Translations under genes and position numbers: made by a program
NCBI GenBank assembly: GCA_002869165.1
Contig: PKTK01000003.1
Coordinates: 20,195-84,194, forward strand
Direction of reading: 5' to 3'
Origin: Candidatus Parcubacteria bacterium
GTDB lineage: Bacteria; Patescibacteriota; Patescibacteriia; Patescibacteriales; UBA12075
Length of the DNA: 64,000 nucleotides
The notes under the pieces: generated by a model
The model's database searches: none
Seen by the model: the letters and a program-made list of their open reading frames with translations, nothing else
What the model was told of the DNA's origin: nothing
Shown here: positions 1-8,129 of the stretch, piece by piece
How positions within the stretch are numbered: position 1 is the stretch's first letter
Layout of the letters: each line of letters starts with the position of its first letter

Positions 1-567
1 TTCTAGCATTATATCAAGTGCTTTTTCTTCAGTAGTTTCGATATTTGTCGGGCCGTTGCGGATAAGATCCATATCTAGATATGAGTAGTATATATCTTCT
101 GAAAGTTTGAGTATTTGTTCGCTTGTTCCGGGGAGAAGTTTGAAAGATTCATTTAAGGCATAAAGAGGACTTGGATCATGAGAGCGTTCGTAAAACTCCT
201 CCAAAGATTTTGAAGATAATTTCTCAAAAACAAATTGATGACGAATTTTATTGTAACCTATTTTGTCTAGGATTGCGAGGATTATGTAGATACTTTCGTC
301 AGATTTATTTCTAAATTTTATATTCTTAAATATTTTTCTAGGTTTGTATTCTTTTTCATTAAGAATGGTTCGGATGTGAATAATGGCTTTTTCAGCATCT
401 GGTTGAAGGCTTTTTTCGATTTTAAAATTGCCGTATTCTAAAATACTTTTTTCAATTTCAAAAATTTTGTCATTTACACTTTTGATATTTTTTTTGTCCC
501 ATCAGCCAAAGAATTCTGCCAGTTTAGCAAAAGAATTGCTATTAGAAAATATATAATTTTTTTCAAT
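1..567 (-). pseudogene. Hypothetical protein running off the left edge, interrupted by an in-frame TGA at 502-504
   Basis: The minus frame is open from 501 to 1 (WDKKNIKSVNDKIFEIEKSILEYG...LDMDLIRNGPTNIETTEEKALDIMLE). The same frame continues upstream of the TGA (IEKNYIFSNSNSFAKLAEFFG*) back to an AGGAGGTG SD at 571-578. Only ATT or TTG starts are available. It is absent from the ORF track because it has no stop inside the window. Confidence 0.4.
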
Positions 568-690
568 GAACACCTCCTATTTTGTTTTTTGTAATATTAG
601 AACCATTTAGCATGTTTGTCAAATTAATTGACTTTTGATTATTTGTATGTTTTTATAATTAAAAAGTTCTTTAAAATAGTGGAGGAGAAA

Positions 691-1437
691 ATGTCAAAAG
701 AAATTGGAATAATAAGTAGTGATGAGTTTAGTAATCTTAAAATTGAGAATGTCGTAAATAGAGAATGTATGCGGGATATTCATTACACTATCAGGAGGAG
801 CATTGTTACAAATAATTTTGAGATATTGAGGCTGTTAAGCTACATCGACGTAAGGTATTATTCTGAAATGATGAGCGAGGAGCTTGTATCAAAACTTTTT
901 TGTTTTTCAGTAAAAGATGATCCATGGCATTCTTATTTTTTTCAAGATGAATGGCCGGATCAATACCTTTCTTTTTTAAGGTTTAAAGATATAATTCCTT
1001 CTTTTGTCAGTGGGATTGATTTGTCAACGAAAAATAGAGAAAGGGCACTTCAAGATCTTCAAAAAGCGAATGCCAAGATTGCTGTCCATTTTAAACCTTC
1101 TGATATGGAAAATAATCAAGCAGTCAGGGAATTAAAGGATTTAGCCATAGCAATACTTGAATCAAAGGATGGAGGGGTTGTACTGATTTTGCCTTTTGTC
1201 AAACATAGAGTTCTTTGGATAGCAATACAAGCAAATGATGAGAGAGTATTAAAAGCCTTAGGTAAAAGACAACGTTTATTTACCAAAGCGCTTCGACGTT
1301 CTGACGGAACTAAAATTGAACTTTACAATCATCTTAGGCAAAAATGGCAAATATGTTTGGATGAATTTGATGTTAGCCATGAAAATGTTTTTTCAAACAT
1401 GGATAACGAGTATGAAAAAAAATCTCTTATTCAATAA
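691..1437 (+). CDS. Hypothetical protein
   Basis: ORF 628-1437. The ATG at 691 (MSKEIGII...) is preceded by GGAGGAG, while the track start at 628 is a TTG without an SD. I recognise no motif. Confidence 0.6.
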   Translation: MSKEIGIISSDEFSNLKIENVVNRECMRDIHYTIRRSIVTNNFEILRLLSYIDVRYYSEMMSEELVSKLFCFSVKDDPWHSYFFQDEWPDQYLSFLRFKDIIPSFVSGIDLSTKNRERALQDLQKANAKIAVHFKPSDMENNQAVRELKDLAIAILESKDGGVVLILPFVKHRVLWIAIQANDERVLKALGKRQRLFTKALRRSDGTKIELYNHLRQKWQICLDEFDVSHENVFSNMDNEYEKKSLIQ

Positions 1438-1447
1438 TGAAAAATAA

Positions 1448-1480
1448 AAGGATATTCATAAGTTTTGAATATCCTTTTTT
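1448..1480. terminator. Bidirectional intrinsic terminator between convergent genes
   Basis: 11-bp stem AAGGATATTCA/TGAATATCCTT, with an A-run before it and a T-run after it. Confidence 0.7.
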
Positions 1481-1484
1481 GTTT

Positions 1485-2204
1485 TTAGAATCTTACCGGA
1501 GTGCCAGCAATGTTTACTGGAACGTAGCCATATATTGCATTCAGGTGATGAAAATACGCATGAGATGCCCCATAGTGCCATTCTAAATTTATTAGTTCAT
1601 TCACTTCCTTGTAGTAGGCAATTAATTTATTTAGATCATTATCTGGTCGATTGGCGTTGGATAAAATTTTGCCTTGGTCGTACCACATTTCACAAACACC
1701 TTGAATGAACTTAGTCCAAGAGATTTGTACGTTCATACTCCATCTTTTATCGCTGGTATCGGAGATAAAGGGTTTGTCTAGATTGTTTGAATAAAAAACT
1801 TTTTCAATATAACCTTCGGTTTGTAATTGCTCAAGCAAGGAGTTGGTTTTAATATCAGTATATATTTTGTCAGCTAGCTTCTTCTTGGTATAGATCCAGA
1901 AAGTGAATTGATGACCTGCTTTGTCGTTATTGGCTCGACGATGAATACGCCAGAGTTCAATATCTTTTTTATTCTTTTCAAGAACAGGTCCGACAATCTC
2001 TTGCATTAGCAGTACATCCATGTGCCAGGCTGGAAGAGCGTCAGTATTGTATTTGTGTTTAAAGCAAATGCTTTGCCAGAAATGTTCCTTTTGTAGTTTA
2101 CGAAAGTTTTTGTTGTCTGGCTCAGAATTATTTATTGGATTATGATTTTGCACTGTACATGAACAACACAACAATAGGGTAATTAAAATAGCAATTTTTT
2201 TCAC
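1485..2204 (-). CDS. Hypothetical lipoprotein
   Basis: N-terminus MKKIAILITLLLCCSC is a signal peptide with a Cys-containing lipobox-like end. GGAGG SD upstream. Confidence 0.65.
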   Translation of the reverse strand: MKKIAILITLLLCCSCTVQNHNPINNSEPDNKNFRKLQKEHFWQSICFKHKYNTDALPAWHMDVLLMQEIVGPVLEKNKKDIELWRIHRRANNDKAGHQFTFWIYTKKKLADKIYTDIKTNSLLEQLQTEGYIEKVFYSNNLDKPFISDTSDKRWSMNVQISWTKFIQGVCEMWYDQGKILSNANRPDNDLNKLIAYYKEVNELINLEWHYGASHAYFHHLNAIYGYVPVNIAGTPVRF

Positions 2205-2311
2205 TTTTTAGCCTCCATTGGTTTTTAAGGTTCTAAATAGATATTAAGTAAAAAAATAATACTAGTCAAGTATGTAAAATAGCTAGTATTAGTTAAATAG
2301 TTATATTATGG

Positions 2312-2340
2312 TTGACAAAAAATATTAAATATGTTATGAT
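2312..2340 (+). promoter_or_regulatory. Near-consensus sigma70-type promoter for the G+C-rich ORF 2384-2827
   Basis: TTGACA (2312-2317), a 17-nt spacer, then the extended -10 TGtTATGAT (2332-2340). Confidence 0.6.
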
Positions 2341-2383
2341 ATAATGTTGTTTTAAAACTAAAAATTCAAAAAGGAGGGAGACC

Positions 2384-2827
2384 ATGATCGAAATGCCAGG
2401 AATAGAAAGAGTTTACAGTGAAATGGATGACGAGTTCAGGAATGCCCATATTCATGCAGGGCAGTCCACGATCGGCATGGCCTCAAGCTGGGAGGAAATC
2501 GTGAATGATGATCTTGAAGCCATGCAGATGGCTGATGATTACGATCGGTTCGTCCCGATCGAGGAGGCTGTTTGTTGCGATATTTTCGGCAACATCTGCT
2601 CCGGGCATGATGCCGAAGATGCTATCAATCTCTTTGATGCACCGGTAGAGGCGGCGGATGACGATGAGTTTTTTCCGGAAGCCGGATTGACGTGTCGACA
2701 CGTTGGTGGTCGACCGGCAAATCTGGAATCGTCTCGGTTGGTTGTTTTCAACGAACTGGGACCTGTACAGTGCGCCTTTCAGAGGCGTCAGGCTACCAGA
2801 ATGGCCAGGAGACGAATGGCTGCCTAG
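2384..2827 (+). CDS. Acidic hypothetical protein in a visibly G+C-rich ORF (foreign-looking)
   Basis: SD AAGGAGGGAG lies before the ATG, with a consensus promoter upstream and a hairpin terminator downstream. Composition contrasts with the AT-rich flanks. The antisense ORFs 2483-2851 and 2539-2751 are the usual by-product of G+C-rich coding sequence. Confidence 0.65.
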   Translation: MIEMPGIERVYSEMDDEFRNAHIHAGQSTIGMASSWEEIVNDDLEAMQMADDYDRFVPIEEAVCCDIFGNICSGHDAEDAINLFDAPVEAADDDEFFPEAGLTCRHVGGRPANLESSRLVVFNELGPVQCAFQRRQATRMARRRMAA

Positions 2828-2849
2828 TAGAGTAGCCAAAAAAATTAAC

Positions 2850-2885
2850 AAGCCGTAGAGTTAAAATTCTACGGCTTCTTTTTTT
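2850..2885 (+). terminator. Intrinsic terminator of 2384-2827
   Basis: Stem AAGCCGTAGA/TCTACGGCTT followed by a T-run. Confidence 0.7.
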
Positions 2886-2939
2886 GAGTTTAAACAAAAA
2901 CCTTAGATTATGATCTAAGGTTTTTATTATTTTAAAAAG

Positions 2940-3056
2940 TTATTTTTTCTTTTTTGCTTTAGCTTCTAGCATTTGTCTTTTTATCTCTAGTCTTTTTGCT
3001 GTTTTGTGAGATTTAGATTTTTGCGGTCTGCCAACTGCATGATTTCTTTTTGCCAT
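2940..3056 (-). CDS. Small basic protein (38 aa), possibly ribosome-associated
   Basis: My own translation is MAKRNHAVGRPQKSKSHKTAKRLEIKRQMLEAKAKKKK*. It is below the ORF-track size cut-off. No clear SD; a TATAAT lies just upstream. The GRPxKxxSHxxxKR stretch is faintly reminiscent of the L28 N-terminus, but this is speculative. Confidence 0.35.
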   Translation of the reverse strand: MAKRNHAVGRPQKSKSHKTAKRLEIKRQMLEAKAKKKK

Positions 3057-3239
3057 ATTATTGTATTATATTTATATAGAGACTATAACATAAATAAAAA
3101 TTTTAACAAGAGCTTTTTTATTATTTAATTTTTGTTTAAAATTTACATTTAGTCTTTTATTTGCAAAGATGGTAAAATTATGAAATAATCTAAACGAATT
3201 AATACTTTTGAATGTTCTTTTAAAAAAAAGGAGGAAGAA

Positions 3240-4532
3240 ATGAATAGGAGAATTTTACTGTTTACACTTATGATTATTTGTTGTTTGTTTTCGACTAATG
3301 TAATTGCTTCTAAGCCAGTTCCGTTTTGGAAAGTTTTGCGAACTGGTCAAAGTTTCTTTTTATTTGGTAGTCCGATCAAAGTGGATAAAATAATCCAAAC
3401 CAGAGAAATAGAAAAAAATGGTGAGATTTTTTATACCTATAAAGCCATTGTTTGGCGACCGAGTCGTGATGATGGCAGAGGAGTGGCCAGTTTTTATAAC
3501 TTAGTTAATATGAGATTGCATTATATGGCAAGTTTGCAAAGTGATAATCCGTATATTGCTCTTCATGAGACTAAAGATGTGTATCAAAAAATCCATAGTA
3601 ATCCAAGAAAGATTGTTGTTCATGTTATGAAGGGGTTTAAGCCGGGGAGGTATAATTTAAAGATTGCGATTTTTCCTTATCCTATGATAGGGAACTATAG
3701 TTTGAGGCAAGTGATTCAGATGTATAGAAGTGATTATGTTGCCTTTTTTCAGTTTTTAAATTCTTTGAGGTATGTATCTCCTCAGATGGCAATTTTTAAT
3801 GCTGTTTGGTCAAAGGGTGAAGATTATGTTATTGATGAGATCTTAACTAGACTGGCAAATACCTATGGACAGGTTATTCAGCTGGATGTTATGGCAAAAT
3901 TGCCTGATTTGCATAAAATGACAGCCAAGCAGGCTGAGAGAGAATTAAAAAAAAGAAACCTTGTACCCTGGCCAGATTTTAACACCAGAGTAGCAAATAA
4001 CAATCCAAATCTTAGCGGGCGTGTAGCCAAACAGCAGTTTTATCCAGGTAGTAGGCTATACGCTAACACCAAAGTAGCTTACAAATTCTATGCTGATGCA
4101 GGGGGAAGTCAAAATTTTAATCCTAATCCATATGGTGGCAAAGAAATTTGCGGAGATGGGATAGACAATAACAATAATAATCAAATTGATGAAGGGTGCA
4201 GATTTACTCGTGAAATAATATTGGATGACAATAAGTGTGACGATGATACCATGAGATTGTTTGTAGATGAACAAAGCTATGGGGACACACCTCCTGGTCA
4301 CAAAAGACATTACAATGTATCTAAATTGGCCTGGGGTAAACACATAGTTCATGTTGTAGGGATAAATTCTGCTGGAAAGAGTCGAGGATGTAGCAATAAC
4401 AATATTGTAACTTTTGAAATTCGTTTAGGAGAGGGGATTACTTTCATGGGTGGCGGTAATCGTGATTCTGCTGAAGTAGAGGCTGGAGTAAAAGGAAAAA
4501 ATTTTAAAAGATACGAAGTCTTTGTAAAATAA
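3240..4532 (+). CDS. Secreted hypothetical protein with a Cys-rich CGDGIDNNNNNQIDEGC motif
   Basis: GGAGGA SD, an N-terminal signal peptide, and a hairpin terminator at 4541-4570. Confidence 0.7.
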   Translation: MNRRILLFTLMIICCLFSTNVIASKPVPFWKVLRTGQSFFLFGSPIKVDKIIQTREIEKNGEIFYTYKAIVWRPSRDDGRGVASFYNLVNMRLHYMASLQSDNPYIALHETKDVYQKIHSNPRKIVVHVMKGFKPGRYNLKIAIFPYPMIGNYSLRQVIQMYRSDYVAFFQFLNSLRYVSPQMAIFNAVWSKGEDYVIDEILTRLANTYGQVIQLDVMAKLPDLHKMTAKQAERELKKRNLVPWPDFNTRVANNNPNLSGRVAKQQFYPGSRLYANTKVAYKFYADAGGSQNFNPNPYGGKEICGDGIDNNNNNQIDEGCRFTREIILDDNKCDDDTMRLFVDEQSYGDTPPGHKRHYNVSKLAWGKHIVHVVGINSAGKSRGCSNNNIVTFEIRLGEGITFMGGGNRDSAEVEAGVKGKNFKRYEVFVK

Positions 4533-4571
4533 CAATTTTGAAACGAGGCATAACTTAGCCTCGTTTTTTTG

Positions 4572-4615
4572 TTAAGGGTATTAATATGGTATTAATACCG
4601 TATTAATACCCTAAG
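4572..4615. repeat. About 44-bp near-palindrome built from three GTATTAATA(C/T) units at 11-bp spacing
   Basis: TTAAGGGTATTAATATGGTATTAATACCGTATTAATACCCTAAG. The central GGTATTAATACC is itself a perfect palindrome. The element overlaps the stop codon of 4611-5603. Confidence 0.7.
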
Positions 4616-5603
4616 AAGAGCTTTGGATGTTTTCTTTTACTATTTTAGAAATCTCTTGAATACTTTGGATTAGTTCGTTTTGTTTATCTTTATTACCATT
4701 AGTCATTATGCAAAGAAGATATGGATCAGGTTCTGTGTAAATAATACCGCAATCATGAATTTGCAAGAATTCATCATCTTCATTTTCAAAATAAACTCCG
4801 TATTTATTGGCAATAACAGTTTTATCATTTATACCCTTAGCAATACCTTCTTGGTAATCGCTATTTGAGAGTATCTTTAAAATTTCCTCTGAGTCATTTC
4901 TATTTAAGAAAGAAGAATTATATAGCAGTCTAAAAACAGCTGAGTAGTCCTTGGGAGATATTCCTGAATTTGATGTTTCTTCAAAATTAATTACTACTCC
5001 CATTTCTGAATTTATTTTTTTCATGGTATCAATGTCTATATTTTCGACAAAATATCGATGAACTAGGTTAAATGATACATTGTCAGAATAGGCAAGGGTT
5101 CTGAAAATCAGGTCTGAAATGGAATAGGTTTTGCCGTTTTGAAGAGATTTGTCTGGATCGTCCAAATTAAGTTCGGCGTCATATTCTCCATTATATGTTA
5201 TCTCTTGGTTGAATATTTCAGGATAAACCTCTCTGGCTTTATAATAAGCTACAGCTAGTGGTAGCTTCAGAAGACTGGCAGGGGAGTATTTTTCTTTTTC
5301 ATTTATACCAAACCAAGGACCGTTATTTAAATCACGATAATAAACAGAAGCATTTATTATATTTCCTTGATTGATCTTTTTTTCTATCAAAGCGCTTATT
5401 TTTTGTCTGGCTTTTTTGATTGGAATAATATTGCTTTGTTCGTTTTCTTCACACTCAAGAAGAGGATTGATGTATTGATAGCTTGCTTCTTGGCGAATCT
5501 CTTTCTTGCTTATTTCATTTGCTTTTGTTTTTTGTAGGTCGGAACTAAGCCAACCCAAACCAAAGAAAAAAAGACAGGTAAAAAGAATAATTATTTTTTT
5601 CAT
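4611..5603 (-). CDS. Serine hydrolase of the class A beta-lactamase / penicillin-binding fold
   Basis: SxxK (SLLK in PASLLKLP), SDN (YSDN) and a KTG-like KYG occur in the expected order. N-terminal signal anchor. Confidence 0.65.
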   Translation of the reverse strand: MKKIIILFTCLFFFGLGWLSSDLQKTKANEISKKEIRQEASYQYINPLLECEENEQSNIIPIKKARQKISALIEKKINQGNIINASVYYRDLNNGPWFGINEKEKYSPASLLKLPLAVAYYKAREVYPEIFNQEITYNGEYDAELNLDDPDKSLQNGKTYSISDLIFRTLAYSDNVSFNLVHRYFVENIDIDTMKKINSEMGVVINFEETSNSGISPKDYSAVFRLLYNSSFLNRNDSEEILKILSNSDYQEGIAKGINDKTVIANKYGVYFENEDDEFLQIHDCGIIYTEPDPYLLCIMTNGNKDKQNELIQSIQEISKIVKENIQSSS

Positions 5604-5700
5604 ATATTTTATAACTATAATTTTACTCTTTCGGTATCAAGAAGTAAATATCTGTAAAACAAAAAAAGAACTATTCTTTTTTAGAATAGTTCTGGGTTTT

Positions 5701-6156
5701 TTAGCTCTCTTTTGAGACGTTGATTAGAAGCGTGGCCTTGGCAGCGATTTTTTTGTCTACTATAGCCTTTGTTTCAGCAAAAATTATTGACCGGATTTTG
5801 TTGACTTTTTTTACCTCGAATATTATTCTGTCCCCAGGTCTTACAATACTTTTAAATCTTACTTTATCCATTCCTGCAAAAAAAACTTGGTCTCCCTTGC
5901 TATCTTCATTTAAATAGTGAAGTATGGCAGCAGTTTGTGTCATCCCTTCAACTATTAATACACCAGGCATAATGGGGTTGTCGGGGAAATGTCCTTGAAA
6001 GAAAGGCTCGTTTCGACTTACATTTTTGAAAGCCTTTATCCAGCCTTGCTCAAAATTATAATCTATTACACCATCAACTAGCACAAATGGATATCTGTGG
6101 GGGAGTCTTTTGAAAGCTTCTTCAACTTTTTCTTGGTTAATTATTGATGAGTCCAT
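5701..6156 (-). CDS. fabZ: 3-hydroxyacyl-ACP dehydratase FabZ
   Basis: LPHRYPFVLVDGV...NEPFFQGHFPDNPIMPGVLIVEGMTQ is the FabZ hot-dog signature. The ATG at 6156 is preceded by AAGGAGAG. Confidence 0.85.
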   Translation of the reverse strand: MDSSIINQEKVEEAFKRLPHRYPFVLVDGVIDYNFEQGWIKAFKNVSRNEPFFQGHFPDNPIMPGVLIVEGMTQTAAILHYLNEDSKGDQVFFAGMDKVRFKSIVRPGDRIIFEVKKVNKIRSIIFAETKAIVDKKIAAKATLLINVSKES

Positions 6157-6302
6157 TTTTCTCTCCTTTTTTTGGTGAATCATTTTATTTGAGATAAAGT
6201 TTTAAAATAACACAAGTCAATACCACCGTAATATAAATACATGCTCCTGTCAACGATTTGAGTTGCTAAACTAGAAAAACATAAAAGAAAAGTAGATTAT
6301 AC

Positions 6303-6342
6303 TTGACATGTCAATTAATATATTATATACTTGATATATCAA
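6303..6342 (+). promoter_or_regulatory. Promoter overlapped by two perfect 12-bp palindromes (putative MarR operators)
   Basis: TTGACATGTCAA (6303-6314) contains the -35 TTGACA. A 17-nt spacer leads to TATACT (6326-6331). TTGATATATCAA (6331-6342) follows. Confidence 0.6.
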
Positions 6343-6364
6343 CTAATTTAATATTATTAATAAT

Positions 6365-7147
6365 ATGGAAAATTTATTGAATTTTTTATTTTCGCTTAGT
6401 CGGACCAACTCAATTATTTCAAGAAACATATGCCCAAATGGTCTGGACTTCAGCGACTATATGATTATTCATTGTCTGGCGAAGGCAGAAGGCAAAAAAC
6501 TTAGACGTATTGATCTGGCTCATAAGCTTGGTCTCACAGCTTCTGGAGTTACTAGGATGCTGATACCTCTCGAGAAGCAGGGGATAATCGAACGAGTCAA
6601 AGACGAGAGTGATGCCCGTGCCAGATTTGCCAAACTTACCACAGCAGGAGATCGGGTGTTGGCAGAGGCTAATTTTTCACTTGAGATTAAATTAGCAGAG
6701 TTGCTTGAGACCGTTAAAGAAAAAGATATTAGTAGATTTGGTAAGATATTTGAATTAATAAGTGAAACATTTCTCGAGGATGAGTATAAAAAAGAAGCCA
6801 AGGATCGTTGGGGGAAAACAGATGCATATAAACAAAGCGAGGAAAGAATAGCCAAGATGAGCGAAGAGGAAATTAAAAAGTTAAAAATTGATGGAGAGAC
6901 TTTAACTCAAAAAATAGCTGATAATATCACTAAAGGTGCTTTAAGTAAAGATGTTCAGGCTCTAATTATTAAACACCACAAAAGTATAAATCGTTTTTAT
7001 GACTGTTCTATTGAAATGTATGGTCAACTTGGTGAAATGTACGTCCAAGATCCAAGATTCAGGTCTTATTACGACAAATTCAAACCAGGCTTAGCTAGAT
7101 TTATGAGAAGCGCAATAAGAGAATATTGTAAAAAAAATACAAAATAA
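6365..7147 (+). CDS. MarR-type wHTH regulator fused to a TipAS-like C-terminal domain
   Basis: The N-terminal half has the MarR pattern (LRRIDLAHKLGLTASGVTRMLIPLEKQGIIERV..DARA). The C-terminal half (DRWGKTDAYKQSEER...YVQDPRFRSYYDK) resembles the TipAS antibiotic-recognition domain normally attached to MerR. Confidence 0.7.
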   Translation: MENLLNFLFSLSRTNSIISRNICPNGLDFSDYMIIHCLAKAEGKKLRRIDLAHKLGLTASGVTRMLIPLEKQGIIERVKDESDARARFAKLTTAGDRVLAEANFSLEIKLAELLETVKEKDISRFGKIFELISETFLEDEYKKEAKDRWGKTDAYKQSEERIAKMSEEEIKKLKIDGETLTQKIADNITKGALSKDVQALIIKHHKSINRFYDCSIEMYGQLGEMYVQDPRFRSYYDKFKPGLARFMRSAIREYCKKNTK

Positions 7148-7199
7148 AATAAAAAAAGAATAATGCTAAAGTATTATTCTTTTTTGTTGCTTGATTTTT

Positions 7200-8024
7200 T
7201 TATTTAGTGAATGCTAGACATTTTGGGGTTTCATAAGTAAAACACATTTTTTTGGTACATCCGCCTAATTCTCCTTCGTTTGTCATACAGGTGTTACAAC
7301 CATCAAACCAGGAGCTGCAATTTTCTGGAATATCAGGATTCTGTGAAATAATTTTAATTAATTCGTAGCTATAACTTGAAGCATCAGCCGGAATAACTTC
7401 TGTGCGTTCAGACTTTTTTACTTCTAGCTTGTAAGTATAGCCAGCCACAAAGTCAAAGCCCTTGATTTGGTCATAGAAGTATTTACCATTAACAATCATA
7501 CATTTCATTGGAGCGACTCCGGTGCAGTCTGCTAGTTCTGAAGAGATGTCATAGATTTCTACCCCTGCTTTACTTAATTTGTTGGAATAATATTTTTGGA
7601 GTTCATTAAATGCTTGTTCGGGCTTGGCTAAGTATATTAATTTGTTATTATCTGAGTCAACTAAATATGCTTTACCTGAATCATCGACATTTAGAAGGAT
7701 TCGACCATCTAATTTTTTTGGTATATTTTTTGTGAAGTTTTGGTAGTCTTTATCTGTAATTCCTAGTCCGTATTTTTGCATTGCCATTAAAGCATCATAG
7801 GGGCTATTTATTTGATAATCTTCTTCTGTATTTGGGTCTGTATACAGAGCAAAGTTAATTGGGGGAGTACTGATAAGAGTGGGTGTAACTTCAGTTGCTG
7901 TTAAAAGCATTGGTGCAACTCCTTCTCCGTTTGGGTTTGTAGTAGCGTTTGGATCATATATTGCCGACGCAAAACTTGGTACAAAAACGATCATAACTAC
8001 GAGGGAAAACAAAATTTTTTTCAT
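7200..8024 (-). CDS. Secreted protein with a DUF4377-like domain and a Cys-rich C-terminus
   Basis: Signal peptide. CTGVAPMKCMIVNGKYFYDQIKGFDFVAGYTYKLEV matches my recollection of the DUF4377 pattern. Confidence 0.55.
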   Translation of the reverse strand: MKKILFSLVVMIVFVPSFASAIYDPNATTNPNGEGVAPMLLTATEVTPTLISTPPINFALYTDPNTEEDYQINSPYDALMAMQKYGLGITDKDYQNFTKNIPKKLDGRILLNVDDSGKAYLVDSDNNKLIYLAKPEQAFNELQKYYSNKLSKAGVEIYDISSELADCTGVAPMKCMIVNGKYFYDQIKGFDFVAGYTYKLEVKKSERTEVIPADASSYSYELIKIISQNPDIPENCSSWFDGCNTCMTNEGELGGCTKKMCFTYETPKCLAFTK

Positions 8025-8129
8025 GGTTTTTTGTGTTATATTAATTAATTACATCATATCAAACGAGAGAAGATTATAAAAGTAACAAATAATATAATCG
8101 CCTGTACTTGTTTATGTAAAGCTAGCCGT

